This document shows positions 51,444 through 60,600 of a stretch of DNA of 64,000 nt, one piece after another. The DNA comes from Acanthaster planci. Lineage: Eukaryota. The notes beneath the pieces were generated by a model. That model saw only the letters and a program-made list of their open reading frames with translations, was not told the origin of the DNA and made no database searches. Numbering within the stretch: position 1 is the stretch's first letter; the number at the start of each line of letters is the position of its first letter. Location of the stretch: positions 4,178,228 through 4,242,227 of the forward strand of contig NW_019091357.1 of NCBI RefSeq assembly GCF_001949145.1, given 5' to 3'. The position numbers and the translations under genes are program-made.

Positions 51444-54029
51444 TTAAAATGATACAGCGTGAACGGGCTCGACTTCCACTGCGAATGGTCGAACAACGAA
51501 ACTCAGCACCCCCAGATGAACTCAAACACGTCATCATGCTATGAGTTTTCATGATTACTGCTCCTCTTTGCATTACATCTGTCTGCATCACACCTGGACT
51601 TCTGCAATTCCATTTTTCCGTGAGATGAGTGAAGCTGTAGCGTTATTATGACAAGGGCCTACATCATTTCCATTCCGCTACACCTTTTTACGTAGAGCAG
51701 ATAAAGGTACATGCTTAAAGAATCTATATGCAGGCCTATATACATGTACATGTACACCTTTGAAGGGTCCCCTACTCCGAGCGTGTGACATTCCATAGAA
51801 GATCATTAAAATGAAAACACGGACACAAAACTGGCGTTCCGTACGTAATCTCTTGATCTTAAAACCCTGCTACCCAAATCCTGGTGTTTACTTCCAACCC
51901 CCAAGCACGCATGCCCGCATTCCAAACACCTTCGGGCAAAATATAGAATTAACCCCCCCCCCCACCCCACAGGCGGACCACTCCCTTTCCAATACGGTAT
52001 CAGTATGCCTAGTTGTAAAGGAGGGCAAAAAAGGGGTAAAGTGAGATCTATTACAAGATGAAAGGTTGTAAACATAGTCAGACGGGGACGACCTTAATGA
52101 CACCGGCGAGACAGAGGCTGATCCCATACGGCTGGCCTTGGCGGGGTGTCGAAGAAGCCGCGTCCCCAGGAGGCCGCGAGCCTAAATCACGCTACAGCAG
52201 ACTTCGGGTAGCAGCGTGTTCGGCGTTAAAAGAGGTGATCAGTGGCAGAGTGATACTGTATTTTGAAGGGGCTGAGGTCAGACAGGTTTGACCGTAAATC
52301 AGGACCGGCATGGAGCGCGGAGCCAGATGATTCTCTCGGTCGAGGCCTGTTCGAAACTCTCCCATCCTGAGCTGTGTGGTCATTTGCGCGCCAATCAATG
52401 GCAGTGAAGAAAGACCAGGAAACCACTGGGTAGACTGATAATTCGAACTGCAGCTTCGCTGTATGTAGTATCGGGAGGGGGAATACGTAAGCATATATCG
52501 ACCAAATGAATTTGTAGAAATGAATTCAATTTGGCTTTGGTGTAGCAGGGTCGAGACTGCTAATAATATCCTGGACCAGATTTGGCACTTTTTCCCTTCA
52601 GTGAAATAGAGGTAATCTAGCATTCTTACAAAGACAATCTTCATTTTTTCACATTCTGGGGGAAAAAACCAACATAAATTTGTTACAGACCTAAACGTTA
52701 GCTCAGAAGCTCTCGATTATCATGATTTTGTATGATTTGTGGCTTAACCAAAATGCAAGGAACATGAAAGAATGACAATCCTTGACAGTGAACCGAATCG
52801 CATCACTGAACTGTGGCACTCCGGCCCAGTCGGAATCGCCACTCAGGCATTCAGGTTGCGGACCACACTGTAATTCTAGTACCTCAGATGTAAAGAAAAT
52901 GCGAAGGTGGACGCCTGGATCAGCACAGGAAGTGAGGAATTGTGTCTTAACTATAATCAAATCGGAACTCCATATTTAGGTCCACCTGTAAATAAACGCA
53001 TCTGCTGCATCTGGACTAAAAAAAAAGGCGTGGGCAGACAGACGCTAAATAGGGTCAATATGATACCATGATGATTACTAACGGCCGCGTGCGAATGTTC
53101 CGTTAGGTCCAATATTTATCACAAATAAGGAGTATTCGAAGGCATTTGAGGTCCATCTTATATAAAAAAAAAATGTGCAGTGACGAGAAAATTGCGTCGA
53201 CGGCGAAAACCTCTTTTCTTGAAGCCTCTAATAAGGCTTTAAATCGTGGCTGGATTCCCATGGAGAGAAAGACCCAGTAAGAAACGCAAGGTATCATTAT
53301 GGTAAAAAAGCCGTAATGCGTCACACTGGCTTTCAAATTAATTGGCCTCCAGCTCGACCTCTCTATTTTCACTGACGGGGAAAAATCCATAAACCGCACG
53401 GGGCTGGCTTTGCATGCTTCGAATGCCGCTGCGTTCAACAAAAATGTTTCAGGAACCAGTCGCACTACAGCAACGTGCACGAGGATGAAAAAAAGCTGGT
53501 CCTACCAGGGTTGCTGCTTAATTCTTCAGGGCCATCTCCGCACAGTAAGGACAGGTAAATACTTTCATAACCTTCAGAGGAGAGAAACTTGTAGAAAAAT
53601 CCCAAACAGTTTTAAGAGACCTTTTTTTGTAAGTGAGCGGTTCGGAGCAACGCCAAGTATTGTTCGACGATGACAATAGGTTGGGGTTTCCATCGTGGGC
53701 CTTTGTGCCCCTCAAGATGCTTACACGGCTGACAAAGTGGATACAGATCCTGACCCCGCGCTACCCTATTAGGGGCCTCATTCACAAAAGCTGATAAGCG
53801 CCTCGCGGCAGGTTGACAGGTCAGGCCGTGGCGTGCTGGTGCAGCATGAAGGACAGAAAGAACTGGTCTGCACAAGTGCATACGAGATGGTTGTCTTGTT
53901 TGGGGAAGAGAATGTCTAATCAGCGTGTATTCTAACCACGTGCTTTCGCCGGGACTACATGAACTAAAAGCCTAATCTCTACACATTGGCAGGTACTAAA
54001 TCCGCAATGGCAATGCTGACTGAAAACTG

Positions 54030-55888
54030 ATATATGCACAAGGGGTTCTTTCCAACCTTTCACAAATTCATCAATTGGAAGAGACAAAAATCACGAAAAC
54101 GTATAAAAATGATTAAGTCGATAATATTGGTGCGATTTATAATTTGGGAAATATATGCAAAGTATTTCAGAGTGAAACCAGCTTTAGATCCAAGTTGCAA
54201 TGGTGAAAAAACGGATGAAATACAAATCAGAAACAACTTTCACACACCTTAAGTTACAACCTCAAAGAGGCGTTTTTTCAATATTATTAAGATGCTCCAT
54301 CCACTCAATTTTCCGTTAAGTATAAGTTATGCGTACCAAAGTTTTAGTATCAAATCAGAAAAAATCTACTCAAAATATATTTACAAAATATGATTACATT
54401 GTCAGGAAATATAATCTTTCTCGAATGTTTTTTTTTTGCCACAAATGCGATTGGTTTTTGTTTCAGTAGGAAATTAAGAAAAAATGCAACACCAAAAGGG
54501 TGGTCGTTTCACACTTCTTTAGCGAGAAAAAATTGGAATAAAAATACTTTTTGTACAAAACCATTTGTCGCAGAAATTTGGGCAGACATTTTTGATGCAG
54601 TGAACAGAATTTTGACGAAGTCGGTAACTGCAGCATGGAAACGAATCGTCCAAAACGTACATAAATACAAGCGGCGTTTAAGAAGACATACTTTTTTGTA
54701 ACATTTATAAACAATAGTCTAAGGAAGATAATTCTGAATGTACAAAATAGACACAAAATAGTATATTAAAATTAGCGAGGAAAATCTACAATAGTACAAA
54801 TATACATAAGTGCTCCTCTTTTTTCATTTTTTTTCTCTCGTTTTACAATCACCGTCCAATCAACCACTTGTCTCTGTCCATTCGTTCCTGTACTTGTACT
54901 AGTCTTCTGTATTAACATTGTCAACAAGATTCGCTGAATTGCAAATTGTACACTTATTCATTTGCCGTTTGAAATAAATTAGCAAAATTTAGCAAGTCTG
55001 CATATTTTTCCTCAAGTTTAGCTTCCAGATAGACTAACTTGCATCCGTTCAAAGCAACCCCAAATCCAAAGCAAAACGAAGAAACCCCACCGGGAGCATA
55101 CGAAGATAAAACTGTGACTTCTACTGTACAAAATCTCAACACAAACAGGTATAATAGCTATTTTAAGGTATCATACAAAACGTTGCATAAATAATAATTT
55201 CAATAAAATTAGGATAAAACTGTACAGCTATTTTTCACAGACAAATAAGACGCCGTGGGATTGACGCATTGTGACAAGGGTGTAAAAGACAGTTAACAGT
55301 TTGACTTTCGTACTGTATCAAAATGTGACTCGTGAATCAAATCATTTATCTCAATAAGCTCAACACAAGAAATAAAATTTACAAGACACAGACGGATCAC
55401 AGCGGCAGTTACAAAAGTCTTGTCCTTACACGAAAACCTGATAGCCCGTAGGTTGCTTGAAATTCTTGTGGAGAAAATAAATGAAAAAGAAAATCAACAG
55501 TCTGCTCCAGGCATCCATTTGATTGGGTTGAAGGGTGAATGGCGACTATTCGTCGGGCACACACAGCGGTTACACGGTGCCACAGTCACTGCGTACTAGC
55601 GGCAATGTGACTCGGGTCTGGTCCCCAGCGTGAGGGGCCCGGACAGTGTTTTCTCTTCTGAGTTTAGTTCGGTGCTGTAAACGTGTCTCGGCTAAGGTGG
55701 TACAGAACACGACGGAAGCGAGGCCCCACCAGTTTTTCCATTTTCGTGGAATAAGTGAAAACAGAAACAACCGGGGCACGCACGAGTCTGTGTTTCTCTT
55801 TTCCCTTTTGGTTACTTACACACAATGAGGCAGCTGGTTTTCAAGGCTAGTAGGTACCATAATGTGCTCTCCCTCATCTTACTGTTGA
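54030..55888 (-). other. Putative long AU-rich 3' UTR of SoxC (3' boundary uncertain)
   Basis: AT-rich block directly after the stop codon. The transcript strand has several UUUUAU (CPE-like) words, repeated UUUUGUA words and a Pumilio element UGUAAAUA (54385-54378). The end is estimated from composition only. Confidence 0.5.
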
Positions 55889-57022
55889 TTAGTTCGTACA
55901 CGCTGATATTAGGGAAGCAAAGCTCGTGTCCAGCCAATCTCCTTGAATCATCTCACTCACCTCTGGCGTCATATAGTCAGGAAACTCGAAATGTGACCCG
56001 TTACTGCTGCAGGAGTCCAACGGGCTCAGGTCGTCCGCTAAGCTGCCCAAGTCCTGCAGGTCGAAATTGGGCCACGTCGAGGGGAAGAATTCCTCCGTCA
56101 GCCCGGCAAGTTGGCTATTCGCCTGCGCAGTATTCAAGTCTGTGTGAGTACTGTTGTTGTTGATGGGTACAGTGGAAGGCTGCTGTGGCTGCTGCTGTTG
56201 TTGTTGCTGCTGCAGTTGATGGTGATGCTGTTGCTTGATCATAATGGGGGCGATCCGTTGCTGGTGTTGCTGCTGCTGGGCTTCATGCTGCTGCGGTTTC
56301 GGGCAGACGTCCACATAGTCTTCGTACATACTCCTGCCGTCAACGGGCGAATCCGGTGTAGATCCGGTGGGGCTCGAGGGCACCTTGGCGGGTGGGGTGA
56401 GTTGCGTGGAGCCCAGGTCGATGGCTTTGCTCGCCTTGATACTCTCCCGGAATTTCTTGTCGATGGTGAGCTTCAGCTTGGGCACCCTGTCAGCCTTATT
56501 GTGGTGGTGACGGGAGGAGTTTTTGCTCTTGCTCTTGGAGCTGTGTTTGTGCTTGGAGACTCCGCCGTTACGCGTAGGGTTCTCCTGCTTGTTAGCTGGC
56601 TTGGCTTTCTTCCTCGGTCGGTACTTGTAGTCCGGGTACTCCTGCATGTGAAGCAGCCGCAGTCGCTCTGCCTCTTCGACGTACGGGCTCTTTTGGCTGT
56701 CGTTCAGGGTTTTCCACCGGCGTCCAAGCCTCTTCGAGATTTCGGCGTTGTGCATCTCCGGCTGGGTCTCCATGATTTTCCTCCTCTCAATCTGGGACCA
56801 GACCATGAAGGCGTTCATGGGCCGCTTAATGTGCCCGTTGTTGGCCTTCCAGTTAGTCTGGCAAATGTCCTCGGATATGTCCAGCGTGGACTGTTGAAGT
56901 ATTGCGCCGAGATCGATGCCCGTCATGCTCAAGTCGCTGCCCGATGTGCTGCTCTCCGGCGAACTCGGACCGCTGGACTGACTGCTACCGATCAAGCCTA
57001 AACTCTGCGTCTGAGGTACCAT
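55889..57022 (-). CDS. SoxC: SoxC (Sox4/11/12-group) HMG-box transcription factor, single exon, 377 aa
   Basis: Uninterrupted ORF. The ATG at 57022 lies in a strong Kozak context (CAACCATGG) and the N-terminus MVPQT resembles Sox4 MVQQT. The HMG box [42 protein letters not shown]...[11 protein letters not shown] (~56833-56606) is of group C type. The C-terminal [22 protein letters not shown] (~55999-55892) is the SoxC transactivation-domain signature. The ORF-track start at 57091 is a TTG and is not used here. Confidence 0.97.
   Translation of the reverse strand: MVPQTQSLGLIGSSQSSGPSSPESSTSGSDLSMTGIDLGAILQQSTLDISEDICQTNWKANNGHIKRPMNAFMVWSQIERRKIMETQPEMHNAEISKRLGRRWKTLNDSQKSPYVEEAERLRLLHMQEYPDYKYRPRKKAKPANKQENPTRNGGVSKHKHSSKSKSKNSSRHHHNKADRVPKLKLTIDKKFRESIKASKAIDLGSTQLTPPAKVPSSPTGSTPDSPVDGRSMYEDYVDVCPKPQQHEAQQQQHQQRIAPIMIKQQHHHQLQQQQQQQQPQQPSTVPINNNSTHTDLNTAQANSQLAGLTEEFFPSTWPNFDLQDLGSLADDLSPLDSCSSNGSHFEFPDYMTPEVSEMIQGDWLDTSFASLISACTN
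56180..56293 (-). repeat. CAG/CAA/CAC-rich tract encoding a Gln/His-rich region of SoxC
   Basis: Encodes [12 protein letters not shown]...[18 protein letters not shown] between the HMG box and the C-terminal TAD. Confidence 0.9.
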
Positions 57023-57167
57023 GGTTGTGGAGTGTTCCGTCTCCAGTGTGACGAAGTGAGGTATTTGTGGTATATTGGAATGAAAGTACAAAAATATCCC
57101 AGTGCAGACCTGTGGGCACAGGTGAAGCGGCGATCAGTGCACACAGAGTGATGCTGATTCAAGCGAT

Positions 57168-57212
57168 TCAAAGCTCGGCCCCGCACGGAGCTGTGGTAAA
57201 TGTGTTACGCAT
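57168..57212 (-). other. Upstream ORF (MRNTFTTAPCGAEL*) in the putative SoxC 5' leader
   Basis: It is the only ATG I found between the inferred TSS (~57250) and the SoxC ATG. It has G at -3 and stops at TGA 57170-57168. Confidence 0.45.
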
Positions 57213-57239
57213 ATCACACCAACGTTCAGGTGTTTTTCT

Positions 57240-57440
57240 TGACTCAGAATGATTGTTCCAAATATGCCCGCGTACAATTTATCCCATCCTGCAAGGCCCG
57301 CCAGTACACACTACACTACACAGCGACAGCGACAGCCAATCAGAGTTGGCGATTATGATAAGCACGGCCCGTTGGGCGGCGCTTATGGTAATGAAAATAG
57401 AGGCCTCACTGTTAATGCTGTTGGCACGCGGTGACTCAGC
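57240..57440 (-). promoter_or_regulatory. Putative SoxC core/proximal promoter
   Basis: On the minus strand there is an Inr-like TCATTC (57252-57247, putative +1 about 57250) and a TATA-like GATAAAT about 30 nt upstream (57283-57277). An NF-Y box AGCCAATCAG lies at 57334-57343 (about -90). Also present: AP-1 TGACTCA at 57240 and 57432, Sox-type ATTGTT at 57252, and Hes/Hairy-type GGCACGCG at 57423. The TSS is inferred, not observed. Confidence 0.55.
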
Positions 57441-57484
57441 TGTGGGTCAATGTGGAACACACATCATGGGATACTATACAGTGA

Positions 57485-57605
57485 ACATGTACTTTGTACA
57501 TTGTACATGTACATGTACATGTCCAGTATGTGCATGTACATGTATATCACAGTGCATACACACTGCGCAGAATCTGTATGGGTATGTACGTGTACATGTA
57601 TTTAC
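57485..57605. repeat. Degenerate (TACATG)n palindromic microsatellite
   Basis: tgtacattgtacatgtacatgtacatgtccagtatgtgcatgtacatgtata...gtacgtgtacatgta. Confidence 0.85.
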
Positions 57606-60600
57606 AGTATGGGAACAGCAAATGACAACGAATTTGTGCACAACTGCGCATGTTTGGTATAAGGAATGCGTGTATAAAACGCATTTGACATTTATGTCAT
57701 GCAATTCTGCACAAACTATGTCACGACTTTTAGGAAATATATCTTCCGTTCCCGGAATGGGTTCCAGGTTTCACTCAACTTCACCTTTTTCTCTCTGTCC
57801 CTCACTATTTTCTCTTTCGCCCTGTTCTTAGACTTGAAAATACCCACAGTTGTTTTTAAAGCCCCCCCCAAAAAAAAACTACCTCCAAATCCCACTCGTT
57901 GGTATAAACTTTTATTTCGCCTGCGGAGCTCTAAAACTTGACGGGCTATAAAACGTTAGAGTGTCCGGGGCAGGTGGCGTGGACGGGCCCCGACGCCAGG
58001 CGGCGCAATAACGTGCTGACGGGAGGGTCATGTTTCTGGCCCGCGTCGTCCTATGACGGGGGTCAGGGTTAAAGGTTCAGGGCCCCCAAAATGATTGGAT
58101 ACATACAATTTTGCCGAGCTGATTCTATTATAAGCATTGCTACCGAGTCGAGTTCAGAACAAGTCTCGTCTAGTTTCACCATGGTTTCACTACACACTCC
58201 TAGCAGTTTCTTTATACCTTTTCATTTTACTAGTAAAAGGGCGGGAGCAGATTTGGCAGTTTGAAATACTTAGGACGCCCCCGGCACAAGAGAAATCTTT
58301 TTCATTATCCACCACCAAGTTTTTCATTGGAGGGAAAGATCAAGCGTTTTCTTATCATTAACGAACTCAGATGCAATTTACTTTAGTTCCGAATTGACGT
58401 GGTGCCCTTAAGACAAATGGACATGTCCAACTTGATCGTTCCACCTCAGTGATTATGAAAATGATGGAGAGTACAGTACTGTACTTCCAGTTAAACTTTA
58501 AAGTACAGTGTAAGTTATCAAAGAGCGTGAAGGTAAGACAAATAGATAAATCAACTAGTGTGCTGACCGAACTAGCGAGTGACGAGCATACCTACCAGTG
58601 TTGACAACAACTGTGGTAGGCGAGTTCTTGTGGCTACACTTTCAGTACATATCAAGTTCCATTTGCGGCATTATTTGTCTGTTGTCCGTTAATGGGCTAT
58701 TGTGTTGAACGATTCTGTTGATTTGAGTGTTTATTGACTCCGGTCCGCCTGCTCAAAGACCCTTGGAACGCATGTCATGCACCAATTTTTGCAGTCGACG
58801 TGTTTCATCTAAAAAATTTCCACATCCACGTCCCCCATTTAGCGGGCAAGACACGTTCGTCGCCGAACAGGGTGGCGCGCGTTCTCCTCGGGTCTGTACC
58901 ATGGATGTGTCTCTCCCGCACCGATGTGCCGGGGACTGGGGTCACGTTCTACAATCGTGCCATCACACCATGCTAAAACACAGCGAGAGAATCTCAGATC
59001 CTGCCCTGTGCCAGCCTTAAATACATCCTCCAAATATCCTCCATTTCTCACTCCCCCCACGCGTTTGGACAAAAACCCACCAGAAAAAGCCTGTTCCCCA
59101 GACCTCACGTATGAAATCACGGCTCAAGCTTCCCCTATATACACTCCCATCGTCATCGGACCGACGTGTCCCCCGAGTCTCCCATTCAGCTGTACTCTTA
59201 ACAGCATATCAGTCACATGCAACATCGCGTGAGAATGCCAGTGTGTTAGTTGGGAGAGTATTATAAATTAAACGCTGATTTTCATGTTTAATGATACCCA
59301 GGGCCTACTTATGGGAGGAAAACCTAGTAAGGGTCACAAAGTTAGTCTGTGTTGGTCCTGCACTTTCTATCGGTGCCGAACCAGGAAGTTATGTTGAAAA
59401 AAACTTATTTTCGAGGGGTGCAGCTTCGAAAGTGAAACGCTTCCTTGAAAAGCAATATAAGATCAACATTTCGGAATCGTTTCCCTCTTTGGAGGAAGAT
59501 TTGTTCATCTTTTTATTTTTTTGAGGGTATAGTCGCGTGCCACAAAATCGCACCACGTCCCCCAGCAAACACCTCATGAATAATCCAGAGCCTACCTGTC
59601 GCGTACGTAGGCGGGGCCTGACTCAAAACAGGCACGTGGCAGGACTGAATAGGGTGCATGATTGGCACTCACTAAAGATAGGGTTTCTTTCGGGGTCGCG
59701 GGCCCAGGTTTTGGTATCCATGGAACGGGCTGCTCAGGCTGTTCCACACACCACCACGCACCCCCGATTAAAATTCAAAAAGACCGTCATTAACTTAGTA
59801 CATGTACATGCATATGTACCTTACCTTTTTCAACCAACCTCCATAAACTCGATCTGGAATCCGTCAAAATTCTTCCCCTGACGATTAAAAAATAATAAAT
59901 AAAAAAAAATAAAGCACGAAGGTGCAAAACAAATGGACGACTACACAGACAAGTGTTGTGCCAAATTCTCGCGAGGAGTATCACTTTGTCAAAAATATGG
60001 AACCAAAAGATGCCACAACTTTTCAAAGTAAGGGCAGATAGGCATCACAAAACACAAGTACAAGAAGTAAAAATGCAAAACCATTCAGGGAATAGTCTGT
60101 ATCTTGAGCCTACAGAAAACACCGTGACTCTGCCTTCAAACCCATGATTGAGTTGTGTTTTACACTGGCCCTCCCATGCTGGATTCCTACTCTACCCGTT
60201 TTGTTCCGTTCAGAACGAATGACGGCATATCGTCAGACATGTTCGGGTTTAGCGCGGTCAACACAGTTCACAAATCAACAACAAATATTCACAGACGCTT
60301 GCAAAAACCACCCACGCCGACAAATAGAATTGTTAATCAAACCTGAGCATGTAAACCTCGACCCAAAGGAAAAAAACCGACGATTCTTTCCTGGTTGGTC
60401 AAATCGGGGTTTATTACAAAGATGACTTACGTGTGACTGCTGTAGATGAGTACATCGAATGATAGACCGTAACCATAAAGCCCAAGACCACCTGATAATG
60501 TTCTTGAACTCTACCCGAGTGCATTAGTATTTGTATTTATTCACTGGCGCCATTTATTCTGTGAGACAGTAGTGAAGAACACGTTCAATCCCCTTCCGAT

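Noticed and set aside
56111..57001. 296-aa plus-strand ORF antisense to SoxC
   Set aside because: It is the in-register antisense shadow of the SoxC CDS (poly-Leu mirrors poly-Gln), starts at TTG and has no domain.
57023..57091. 23-aa N-terminal extension of SoxC in the ORF track
   Set aside because: It begins at TTG. The ATG at 57022 has a strong Kozak context and gives the MVxQT start typical of SoxC.
57253..57831. 192-aa ORF and overlapping ORFs upstream of SoxC
   Set aside because: They read through the (TACATG)n microsatellite (CTCTCTC/MYMYM peptides) and have no coding signature.
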